This document shows positions 29,837-40,300 of a DNA stretch of 64,000 nt, piece after piece. Within the stretch, counting starts at the first letter, position 1. Each line of letters begins with the position of its first letter. Under the pieces are notes generated by a model that was given only the letters and a program-made list of their open reading frames with translations, was not told where the DNA came from and searched no databases. Origin of the DNA: a virus; the IMG/VR virus record IMGVR_UViG_3300032240_002575, positions 1 through 64,000 of that record, one strand, 5' to 3'. The position numbers were made by a program, and so were the translations under genes.

Positions 29837-30289
29837 TCACTTACTCAAGTCAATTCCCAAATAATCAAAACTTAATTTTTGGGCTGAAAAAATGTCAGTC
29901 AACTCTCGAAGAATATCTTTCAAAATTGGTCGTACGTCAACGGTATAACGAACCTTCGGCGGAAATAATTTTCCATCAAAATATCTATGACAAATTGTCT
30001 GTTCGCCAATTTTGATGTAAAGATTGAATTGTTCACTTCCTTCAGTAAAAGAAGTATTCATGATTGCTGGGTCAGCAACGATTGATTCTTTGTTGTCAAT
30101 CATATAGATAACCGTTTTCATTTTGAGTTGATACTCAAGTTCATTCTTGAGATGTTTCATGTAATAATACAACTCTAATGAATTTTTTGCCTTTGGATTA
30201 AAACCTCTAACGTTGAAAAATCTTTGAACTACAATGTTGTCGTTCAACGTTAAAAGGAACTCCATTTTGGTGCTGTCTTGTTCTTTCAT
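29837..30289 (-). CDS. Conserved hypothetical protein in the replication cassette
   Basis: 150-aa ORF between the exonuclease and helicase genes, co-oriented. Confidence 0.65.
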   Translation of the reverse strand: MKEQDSTKMEFLLTLNDNIVVQRFFNVRGFNPKAKNSLELYYYMKHLKNELEYQLKMKTVIYMIDNKESIVADPAIMNTSFTEGSEQFNLYIKIGEQTICHRYFDGKLFPPKVRYTVDVRPILKDILRELTDIFSAQKLSFDYLGIDLSK

Positions 30290-30292
30290 AAT

Positions 30293-31294
30293 TTAATTTT
30301 TATTTGTGTTACGTTTTTCTTTTCTTGTCAATTTCATGAATGGTTTTAGGAAGTTAACCCAAGCTTCATCGTCTTTAGGTAGGTACTTAAATAGTCCATC
30401 TTCCATCATCATTCTCATTAAGTTTTTGTATCCCCTATCTGTTGGGTCAATTGTGTCAGTTAATATTTGTTCAACCAATTCTTTACCATCTTCAGTAATA
30501 AGTGGATTTGTCAAGTCAACAATCGTTTTATTAGTGCGGTAAAATAACTCTCCAATTATAGTTGATTTTGTTTTTCCAGACAAAATATTGTTGAGTGTTT
30601 TTATAGGTTTCTTTTGCGGGATGTTTCGGGCATAATCCAATATTTCTTCGATAGTGCATGGTTTTTCCTGCACTTGTGGAAATAATTTGACTAAAGTTTT
30701 TTCTCCAAGTCCTTCAATACCACTAATGTTATCAGATTTGTCGCCAGTAAAGATTTTGGTAAGCAAAACATTATAGTGGGGAATTTCAACTTTATTAATT
30801 AAAATCATATCCCCATTCTTATAATATTGTTTTGATGTGGGTGAATATATGGTTACCCTTTCTGAAATTAATTGGGTTAAATCTTTATCTGCGGAAAATA
30901 TAATGATATCCTCGTTGTTGGATATTTTACAATAATAAGCAATCAAGTCGTCAGCCTCGTTGTTACTCATTTCAACTTGACGAACAAATATTTCCTCCAA
31001 GTATTGTTTTACTCGAGATTTTTGTTCAAGATACGATTCATACTTAAACTCATTCATATCTTGTCTTCTGTTTGCCTTATATTGGGGATAAAGAGATTTT
31101 CTCATGGACGAATTGGAATCACCATCCCAAAATACAACAACCTTATCATGGTTGTGTTCTTCAAGGAATTTGCGGAGTATATTCACAAAGTGATATACCC
31201 CACCCACATGAGCTCCGTCGTTATATACGTCTTTCGCCCCGTGAAACCCTATCTTAAATAAGTTGTCCCCGTCTACTAATAATGTTTTAATCAC
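30293..31294 (-). CDS. 5'-3' exonuclease / flap endonuclease (T4 RNase H-like)
   Basis: LLVDGDNL, VFWDG, YPQYKANR, EADDLIAY, SADKDLTQL, GDKSDNISGIEGLGEKT (H3TH). GTG start. Confidence 0.92.
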   Translation of the reverse strand: MIKTLLVDGDNLFKIGFHGAKDVYNDGAHVGGVYHFVNILRKFLEEHNHDKVVVFWDGDSNSSMRKSLYPQYKANRRQDMNEFKYESYLEQKSRVKQYLEEIFVRQVEMSNNEADDLIAYYCKISNNEDIIIFSADKDLTQLISERVTIYSPTSKQYYKNGDMILINKVEIPHYNVLLTKIFTGDKSDNISGIEGLGEKTLVKLFPQVQEKPCTIEEILDYARNIPQKKPIKTLNNILSGKTKSTIIGELFYRTNKTIVDLTNPLITEDGKELVEQILTDTIDPTDRGYKNLMRMMMEDGLFKYLPKDDEAWVNFLKPFMKLTRKEKRNTNKN

Positions 31295-31323
31295 GTTTGT
31301 GATTTATAGTGTGATACAATATA

Positions 31324-32328
31324 CTAATCTTCTTTTTCTTCTTTCAAATCAAAATCTAACGATGTTACTCCAAGAATATCTTTCCAATAGTCGGCATATT
31401 CTTTTTTGTAAGCCTCAATAGATGCTTTTTCTTCTGATGCCTCTTTTCCTGCCAAGAAACCGTGTGGCGTTACAATTATCTTTCCATCTTCATAACCCAA
31501 TCCATTGATGTGGTTTTTCATAACAGAAACTTTTGTTCTAATTGCGAACTTAACACTTCTCTTGTCTTTTGTTGCGGTAATCTTGTTTGTTCCCGCACCT
31601 TTTTGGTTACCAAATAAGAAAACCAAAGATGAGTTTAACCAAATGGCTTCACCACCTTTTGCTTTGATTTTTGGTTGACCAAATGGATTGTCAGGTAACT
31701 CAACCCAAGGCTGATTAACAATAACCAATGTGTTTTCGTATTTTGAATCCGCTTTACGAGAACCTGAAATACGTTGGTTGATACCCATACCAATCTTGTC
31801 TGCCAATACCGACGCGTTGTGTTGTTTACCACCTTTGCCTTCATAAGTCATCTTACAAGGAACAGAACCAACAGAATCCCATAAGAAAAGCAAACTATAA
31901 TCTAACTCACCCTTTTCTTGTGCATCCAACAATTCGTTGATATAATCTGTAATTTGCTCTATGTAGTCAAAGTCATTATTGAAGATGTAGAAACCGTCCC
32001 AATCAACTTCACCTGATGTTTCATCAACAACTTCCTCACATTCAAAACCCATAAGTTTTGCATGTTCAAAAGACCATTTTTGTTCCGTGATAATGAACAC
32101 TGGAAGAATACCTTTCTTTTGTGCATCAACTGCGGTCTTAACCAAAGCAGTTGTTTTACCCGTATCCGAGTGACCCAAGAACATATTCAAGTGTCCGATA
32201 GCCGGACCTGGTAAACCTACCGCATCCAAGAAGTCAGGACCCAAATCAAAGAATCGTTGGGGTTTGTATTTTGCGGAAGTCGAGAATTTTTTCTTGACTG
32301 AACCGAAGTCATTTTTTTTAATTGCCAT
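31324..32328 (-). CDS. uvsX: RecA/UvsX-like recombinase
   Basis: Walker A GHSDTGKTT, Walker B FLWDSVG, VIVNQ, KGGEAI, KNHING. Confidence 0.85.
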   Translation of the reverse strand: MAIKKNDFGSVKKKFSTSAKYKPQRFFDLGPDFLDAVGLPGPAIGHLNMFLGHSDTGKTTALVKTAVDAQKKGILPVFIITEQKWSFEHAKLMGFECEEVVDETSGEVDWDGFYIFNNDFDYIEQITDYINELLDAQEKGELDYSLLFLWDSVGSVPCKMTYEGKGGKQHNASVLADKIGMGINQRISGSRKADSKYENTLVIVNQPWVELPDNPFGQPKIKAKGGEAIWLNSSLVFLFGNQKGAGTNKITATKDKRSVKFAIRTKVSVMKNHINGLGYEDGKIIVTPHGFLAGKEASEEKASIEAYKKEYADYWKDILGVTSLDFDLKEEKED

Positions 32329-32352
32329 AATGTTGTTTTGTTAAAATTAAAA

Positions 32353-32387
32353 AGCATGGACACAATGTCTTTGCAAGTGTCCATGCT
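32353..32387 (-). terminator. Hairpin/terminator between SSB and recombinase
   Basis: Perfect 11-bp inverted repeat AGCATGGACAC / GTGTCCATGCT with a 13-nt loop, followed by TTTTAATTTT on the minus strand. Confidence 0.7.
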
Positions 32388-32395
32388 GAAAATAA

Positions 32396-33253
32396 TTAGA
32401 ATGGTAAATCCGAATCTATATCATCATTTGCTTGTGGGTCAATGATTGGAGCTTTATCAGCTTTTTTACTTCCACCCATTGATGTTGTAGATTCCATGTC
32501 GTTACCGTAAGTGTAACCACCTTTTTCACTATCCCACTTTGGAGTTTCTCCGCGAGCAATAGCTTCAAGATATTCAACAGGTTTTTTTGAATATACATCT
32601 AACCATGTTAATTCATCGTTAATCCAAGCATTTGCTTGTTCTTTTTCTTCGTGTACAGGTGCTGGGTCATCATACATAATTGTTGATACACTTGTGTATT
32701 CTTTACCTGCAGGTGTTTTAGATTTCGTTAATTCAATAATAAGGTCACGTCCTTTTTCAGGGTCAGTGATATCACCTTTATTTCTCCAAATTGGAATGAT
32801 TTTATCTAAAATACCGTCGTTCTTATAGTTGTGTTTGAATCTCCAAAACTTTGGACCATCTTCTTCGTGGTCTCTGTCTATAACTTTTACAATATAGAAT
32901 TTACGAGATTTGTATTGTTTTGCTAATTCTTTGTCTGACTCTTTACCTGTAGACATCAATTCCTCATAAACTTCGTTTAATGGTGAACGTTCGTTGTCAT
33001 TTTTTCCTGGGTCATAGAATTTTTGCCATTGTCCACCTACTTGGATTTCGTGATACCAAGCTTCTTTGAATGGTGAACTACCATCTTGTGTTGGAAGGAT
33101 ACGTACTCTACGTTGTCCTGATTTCTCTTTATCACTTAAGATTAAAGCGAAATACTTTTTCATTCTTTCGTCTTGCGACATTTTACTTTGGGCCCCGCCC
33201 CCTTGTTGTGCTTTTTCGTACTGTGCCAATACGGCGTCTAATGAACTCATCAT
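32396..33253 (-). CDS. Single-stranded DNA-binding protein, T4 gp32-like
   Basis: RVRILP, WYHEI, FYIVKVIDR, DPEKGRDL, acidic tail ending DDIDSDLPF; next to UvsX. Confidence 0.85.
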   Translation of the reverse strand: MMSSLDAVLAQYEKAQQGGGAQSKMSQDERMKKYFALILSDKEKSGQRRVRILPTQDGSSPFKEAWYHEIQVGGQWQKFYDPGKNDNERSPLNEVYEELMSTGKESDKELAKQYKSRKFYIVKVIDRDHEEDGPKFWRFKHNYKNDGILDKIIPIWRNKGDITDPEKGRDLIIELTKSKTPAGKEYTSVSTIMYDDPAPVHEEKEQANAWINDELTWLDVYSKKPVEYLEAIARGETPKWDSEKGGYTYGNDMESTTSMGGSKKADKAPIIDPQANDDIDSDLPF

Positions 33254-33287
33254 GTTTTTTAATTTTTAATTGTTAAGTTATTGTGTA

Positions 33288-33316
33288 AATATAGTTTGAT
33301 TTTGTGGGTTTGTCAA
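33288..33316 (-). promoter_or_regulatory. Host-polymerase-type promoter for the SSB/replication cassette
   Basis: Minus strand reads TTGACA-N17-TATATT. It also reads as TTTG-N20-TATATTTA, one mismatch from the Bacteroidota TTTG/TAnnTTTG consensus. Confidence 0.7.
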
Positions 33317-33321
33317 ATAAA

Positions 33322-33344
33322 AAAGCCACCTCTTGGGTGGCTTT
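33322..33344 (-). terminator. Intrinsic terminator
   Basis: AAAGCCACC-loop-GGTGGCTTT with a T-run on the minus strand that runs into the TTGACA box. Confidence 0.8.
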
Positions 33345-33361
33345 CATCTTAAATTAAAATA

Positions 33362-34036
33362 TTATTTATTGTATTTGAAATCATCTTTGAACCCGTTTCC
33401 TTGAAATGAACTTTTGATATCATTGACGTTAATGTCAGTTACATCATCAGGAGTCAAAACATAATCATTTTTTCCTGTTTTTTCCATCTCTTCTTGTTTG
33501 TCATCAAAAAATTGTGAAAGTTTTTGGTTAAATGGATATGAATCATAACTTCTTAATTCCAATTTTTCTTGAGGTGTCTTTTCTCTGTATTTTTCAATTT
33601 TGTTTTCAAGAGCATTAAGTTTGTTCATAATTGCATCCATCTCACCTAATTTTGATTCTAATTTGTTGAGTTGCCCAAATAAGTTTTCAAAATAATCATC
33701 TTGTTTTGTTTGAATATCTTTTTGAGCCGTAACCAATTCAGTGATGTCTAATTCTTCTGAATCAGATGAATCGTCTTTTTTTTCGTCAGATTTTCCTTCA
33801 TCATCAATTTTTTCAACATCAGGGTCGTTTTCAACATCAATAGGTTGTGAGCCCGTTGGTTCTGCAGGTGGTGGTGGAGGTGTTACTCCGGCACCTGCAG
33901 GTGGTGGTGGAGGTGCCGCTCCTGCTTCAGGTGCTAATGCTCCCAAATCAGGTACTGCAGCATCTTGTTCCAAGATATAATTGTTGATACTTTTGTATCT
34001 ATTAATTTCGTTTAATATTTTTCTATCTAAACTCAT
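33362..34036 (-). CDS. Acidic, Pro-rich/coiled-coil protein; possible internal head or scaffold protein
   Basis: N-terminal ILNE...ILEQ, poly-Pro linker, acidic tract, heptad coiled coil. Function is inferred. Confidence 0.55.
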   Translation of the reverse strand: MSLDRKILNEINRYKSINNYILEQDAAVPDLGALAPEAGAAPPPPPAGAGVTPPPPPAEPTGSQPIDVENDPDVEKIDDEGKSDEKKDDSSDSEELDITELVTAQKDIQTKQDDYFENLFGQLNKLESKLGEMDAIMNKLNALENKIEKYREKTPQEKLELRSYDSYPFNQKLSQFFDDKQEEMEKTGKNDYVLTPDDVTDINVNDIKSSFQGNGFKDDFKYNK

Positions 34037-34042
34037 TTTGGT

Positions 34043-34267
34043 TTACCCGTTTAATAATTGTTTTATTCCTTTTGAAGTTTCTACCCTAACTTTTCTGTTA
34101 GCCGTAGTTTGGTGACCAGCTCTTTCAATAAGACCATCTCTTTCTCTTACAGTGTAACAATCACCAGTATCTAAATCACACACTTGTTTAGTTCCGTCAC
34201 CGTTGTCTTCTTCTGAAAATCTTATAGATTTTCCAAGATAGTTGTCTAAAGTTGCTTTTAAGTTCAT
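34043..34267 (-). CDS. Small hypothetical protein (CDLDTGDC)
   Basis: 74-aa ORF with TATTTAT motif at 34282-34288. Confidence 0.65.
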   Translation of the reverse strand: MNLKATLDNYLGKSIRFSEEDNGDGTKQVCDLDTGDCYTVRERDGLIERAGHQTTANRKVRVETSKGIKQLLNG

Positions 34268-34308
34268 AAAATTCTTTTTATATAAATATACGATTAGAGT
34301 GATAAGTT

Positions 34309-37300
34309 TTACTTTAATAATATCGGCATAGTAAATGGAAGATAAACATCGAGAATAATGTCTTTAGGGTTGCCAGTTGTATTGAATTTTGTTAATGAGT
34401 TTGGTGACACCGCAACAAAATTAAACGTATTATAAATTCTTGATGCTGTTTTTAATTCTTCATCCGTTATAACACCTACTTTTTTTATTTTTTCTATAAC
34501 TTCGTAATCCGAAACAAAGAATTTTTGTTTGTCGGCAGTAAAATTACCAACAAAATCATTTTTCATGTTTTTTTCCGAATCTATCACTCGTTCTTCAAAA
34601 GTATTGTTTGGTCCTTCAACTATCTTCACAACTTTCCAAGTCCACGTTAAATCGTAAGGAGACATTTCCCAAAGTCCTGCAGCAAGATTAACACCTACTG
34701 TAAGTTCTTCAACACTTCCAGTTAAATTAGTTTTGGTGTTCCCAGTCAAAACAATTGGACCAGTTTGTTGCGGTTGTGTGTTCACATTTGGTGGTGCGCC
34801 CGGTATTGGTGGAGGCGCTGTTGGAGTTTTTTGATTTGGATTGTATGTGAAATTACCTAAACTAATTCCATCTCCGTGTACACCATGGACAATTATCGGG
34901 TTATTTTGTGGAAGACCCGTACTACTAAAAGGAACTATAACAGTCATATTTGTAGAACTTATACTAGTAATACCTGTTGTGGTTAAAACATTGTTGATAG
35001 TTACACCAGTAACAGTATCCAAGTTTGCGCCTATAATTGATAAGATAGTTCCTGTAACACCAGTCAATGGACTAAAAGATTTAATTGTTGGTGGTGGACA
35101 CGAAACCACTGCTGTATTTGTTGTATTAACGTTGTTAGGCGTTGGTTTAACTCCTGCATTAGCATCAACAATCGCTTTGGTTTGTTTTGCGTTTTGTTTT
35201 TTAGCTAATGTTGTTGATTCAACGTTCAATCCAGCATGTCCTGCAGAATTAAATGCCTCTTGTAATTTTGCATCCAATGTTGTATATTGTGAAATATTTG
35301 CATCATAATACGATTCTGCAACATTATCTACGGGCCAATGACACACATAAAATTTGGTAATACCAATAGCATTATCACCAAAAACTCTATCAACTTGAGG
35401 TGATAATCTTGAAACCATAAAATCCATAAATTTGGTAATTGTATCAAAGTTTGCTATAGGTTGGGATGTTTGTTGTGTTGTTGAGTTAGAAATTTTAAGA
35501 CATGAATATTTGTTTTTTGAAAAATAAGAATCGGAATATCCATAATCCACGGTTAAAGTTATGTTTGCAAAATTGTTATTGTAACCATAAAATTGATTTT
35601 GTTGAAATGTTGTTACATAACTAATCATGTAAATTAAAGTTTGTAAATTTACATTGTTTGGTACTCTTTTCTTTATCTCTGCTACGAATTCTTGAGGAGA
35701 AAGTCCGACTGAAGTTGAAGTTTGAACATCTCCCCAATCTGTAAATGGTGATACTAAATTAGCTCTACATGAATTTTGTGCCGCAGCAGCATTCTTACCA
35801 GACTGGTCAACGTATTTAGATTTATCAATATTTGTTTCAGCTTTAGCTGTAACGTCATCTTTGCTTGTTTTAACAATTGCTTCAATTTTTGACAACAAGT
35901 TTTGATTGATACTTTGTAAATAATTTTCTATCGATGGCATATCGTAGATTCCTTGTCTAATTCCTGTAAAAGCCGTCTTGAAATCACCTTGAGTAATTGT
36001 ATGATTTACTTCGGTAATTAAATAAGGCCCATTAAACATGGGTACGTGTCTTAAATTGAAATACATAGTTGGTTGTAACAAAGCGTTACCTAAACATTGA
36101 ACTTGACATTGATAACTTCTTTGTTTGTATAAGTTATATAATCCAACGTTTTGAGTTGCAACATTTCTACCTTTGGCTTGGTCAATCATGTTCAATTGTG
36201 TTTGGATTGTTTCGGAAGTTGCTTTACCACTATCCATAGAAACGTTCAAACCATAAAATATATTTTGATTTCTAGTCCCAACATCAACATTAAATCCAAC
36301 ACATTTGTTTGAAATAGCCCAATCTTTTTTATTTGTTTGATTTTCTATTAAAGGGTTTTCTGAAGCTCTCCTCAACTCAAAAGCATCGTCTCTAAATCTT
36401 GAGTTACCTTTTGGTAAATCCAAAATTGTTGATGGTTTTCCGGCATAAAAACAAATCATTTTAGGACCAGAATTTCTATAATCAACATCCAAAAAGGTTC
36501 CCCACATATTATCTGCAAATTCTAATTGTCCTTCAGGTTGTGGTATAGTTGTACCATCAACATCTTGTATGTTATAAAAATTTACGTATGCCGGTAATGG
36601 CATTACATTAAATTTATTTTTAATTAACAATCCACTCATGAATGTGAAGACACTCATTTGCATGTTTAACGCATTTTCAGTGAACATGTTTTTCAAATCA
36701 AATATATCAACAATAATTGTGTCTCCGATATTTCTTGATGCTCTATCCAAAAACAATATGTCTTCGAACAAAGTTTTAGATTGATAGTCTGAACCAGCAA
36801 TCCATTTATCATTTAAGGCTTTGAAAACTTCATAATTTTCAACTTTACTTTGTTCTCCATCAATCACACTTGCAACTGCTTTTTCAGGTAACTCTTGTTG
36901 GTCAGGTAATTTGTTTCTCACTTGAGTTAAAACCAAATCCAAGATATTGTTTTGAAACTGTGTTGTATTGTTCAAATAAGTTTGAATATCATTTTTGAAC
37001 ATCGAAGGAGTTATTGATGGGTTATATAGTTTTTGTGTCGCATACATTTTAATTAATGGAGCTAGCAACACAACGTTGTTCGAACTAAACTCTATATTAT
37101 TATCGATGAAAAAATCTGTTATGTAAGAACCATTATCAGTGTATGTTAAATTTGTAATCGTTGAAAAACCAACTTCAGTTTCCAATGCCAACCACGCTTG
37201 TGAATATTTTGATTTAGATTGTACAATTGTTGTGGTACCTCCTTTAGAAGGTAAACTTCCTTTTACATATGGGTTAAATGTTATTGGGTCTTGGATTGGA

Positions 37301-40300
37301 TTTGTTCCACCTCCTTGAGCCAAATAAGACGCAAAGATTCTTCTTTTATATTGTGCAGGATTTCCATATTTCAAAATCACATCATATTCCAAAAATGACT
37401 TTATTGTGCTTGCGAATAAACTTAATTGTTTATCACCAATGTTTTTGAAATATTCACCGTTTGTTATTGAAGGATTCTTACTTTCAATTTCCATCATACT
37501 TGTAAAAAGATATTGGAAATTCTTAAATAACGCATTCGGGTCTACAGGTGACTGACCAATTCCTACTGTTGGTTGATTACCCAAATCGATGTTTCCAACA
37601 GGTTTACAGAAGTTCAAAAATTCTTGTTCGAATTTGTCTAATATACTTTTATCAAAGACAGAAAATATTTCTTCAATTTTTGAGTAGTCATCAGCAATCA
37701 ACATCTTAAATGGAGCTTGTTGTGTGTTACCACTTGTAAATTTGTTTAGATATGAGTCTGGTTGTGGTTTTTTAATTTGGTCGTTGTTAAAATATCCATA
37801 ATTTGGTGATGACCATAACAATCTAACTGAACCATTATATATTGATGGATTATCTGCAAATGGACAAACGGGTATACCTCCAACCAAACATTCAGTGTTT
37901 ACTTGGTTTAGTTGAGTTCCAAATGATGGAACAACATAGTATTTTAACCCTGCAGTGTTGTTTGATGGATTACAATTAGCCCCATTTGTGATTGGGTCTA
38001 ATGGAATATTTGGTACGATTACTGACCACGTTTGTATACTAGATGTTAAAATTGGAGTGTTTTGCGGGAAAGCAATTGTTTGAGCATTTACATTTGATTC
38101 TGTAAAATTATAAACTTTAACACCATAATCTATACTAGCTTGAATTTCGGCGTCATTATAATTCACATACAAATCGTATCCATTATAAAAAACATTAAAA
38201 TCGTTGATTACTTTTGGATAAAATCCTGTTTGTATTGAAGTAGAATTGCTCGATACTTTCTGAAGGGTAATGTTGTTTTTTCCCTCAAAATTGAAAGTAT
38301 AAGTTTTTGTATCTGAACTCGTTATTGGGTCAAAATTTGTTTTATAGTCAAAATTTTGCCAAGCAGAGTCTAGTATATCAACATTTGTATTTTTGTAAGT
38401 TTTATATCTATACCATATAGAACCAAGTTTCAAAACCCAAGCATAAGGCATTTTGTGAATTGCCCCAAACTTTTTGAAACAAGACGCAATGTAATCCAAA
38501 TCACTCGGAGCATTGTATGTCTTATATTTTTCTTTTAATGACGCAATTGGCAACGAGTTAATAAAAAGATAAGCGGCCTGTGTATATGGATATGGGTCTT
38601 TTTTTCTCCAATTATAAACACCGTTTTGAATTGAATTTACAAAATAAGGTGTGTTTAACATTGAGGTTGTTGTTTCAACATTAATGTTTTTATTTGGAGA
38701 TAAATAATTGACATAACTTTCTGTTGGTACAAAAACTGTTGGGTCTTTTCTTGTATCATAAAACACCGTCAATCCTACTGAATTTATTTGGTTAGTAGGA
38801 TTAGAAACTTTCAAATAAGAAAAATTGGTTACAGGTCTATTTGTTGAGTAGTCATAAACACTTTCAAAATTAGAAATAACATCTCTATCTTCAAATACTG
38901 TCAAAACTTTACTTGTGTTGTAGACAGAATTTTTAGTGTTTGTCACACTATTAGCCATGTTTTTGGAAACCCATGAAGGGTCTGTAAATGGATAAGTATC
39001 AATTATTATTGGGTCATTTGTGCTAGTTTTTGCCAACTGAATCAATCCATCATATTTTGTATTTGTTTGTGGTTCCTTACCCAAATCGTTCAAACTCAAA
39101 ATGTTAAATGAGTTTTCAGTTAAGTTTTTGATATAGGGTGTAACATAAAAATCTCTTATAAAATCTTGATAAGCTCTACCTGTTCCTTGATTTGAAATGT
39201 TTTCTAGAAATAAAGGATACTGTTTGGCGTTCAAACCATAATTTTTTAATTTGAAAGTTATGAATGGTGAACTGATTCCAAGTCCTGTAACGATGTTGTT
39301 TGTTTCAGCACTTAAGATAGTTTTTGTAAGTTGGTCTAACTGGTTGTTTGTTGCTCTGATGAAACCTGAATAATTTGCCGTCAAATATTGTCTTTCCCAT
39401 ATTTCGTAGAAAAATTTTACTTCTTGTTTGTTGGCGTATGCAATACCTTGTGATGGATATTCAATTGCGTTGATGTTAATTACATGTGTTGTACTCTGAC
39501 TATCAATTGGTGGTTGTGTTGTAGGTTGAATAAATTTTTGAGTTAAACCCCTCATATATTCTTCAACAAATTCAACTTCAGGCCACTTTTTATATAGGTA
39601 TCCTTGAGTTATGTCTACGTTTCTTGGGTCAGCAATGTATCGTAGTTGGAATCTACCCTTTTTATCTTCAGGTGTTTCAACAAAGAATTGTGGCCATGGG
39701 TAAACCGGTATTTGTCCGTTAACCAATCCTTGATTATCACTTTGGGCTTGTGGTGATATTTTTACATCGTCCCTTGTTTCGGTACTTGGTGCCGATGCTG
39801 GATTATTCAAAATTGCCAACTGTCTTACAGGGTCATATCTAACATTCCATGCATTTGTATGAACCTCGTCCAGTAATCTAATAAATCCTTCGGCAGATGC
39901 CATGATAACTGCACATACGTTTCTAACTGTGGGTTTGAATCCAAGTCCAGTTGCACTGTCTTCTATTTTCTTCGCCAAATCTGACGTTATCGCAGTTTCA
40001 TATTCCGACAACTTCTGATTAGCAATCGTTTCCATTTTTGATAACAAATCTCTAAATTCACTGAAAACAAACAATGGAGGTACAACCACGTTCCCAAAAA
40101 TGTTTTCAAATCTTGTGTCTGCGGTGTCCTTTTCTAAAACAGGTTTAATTTGTTTTTCTATTAAAGTTTGAGTTAGTTTTAGGTCGGCTTCCGTTGGGGT
40201 TAAAATACCTGTCTGAGCTGTTGTAGTTTTTACTAAATCAATATCCGTTAAAGCAACTTGTTTTATGAACGTGTTTTTAGTAATACTATTCTTGATTGGT

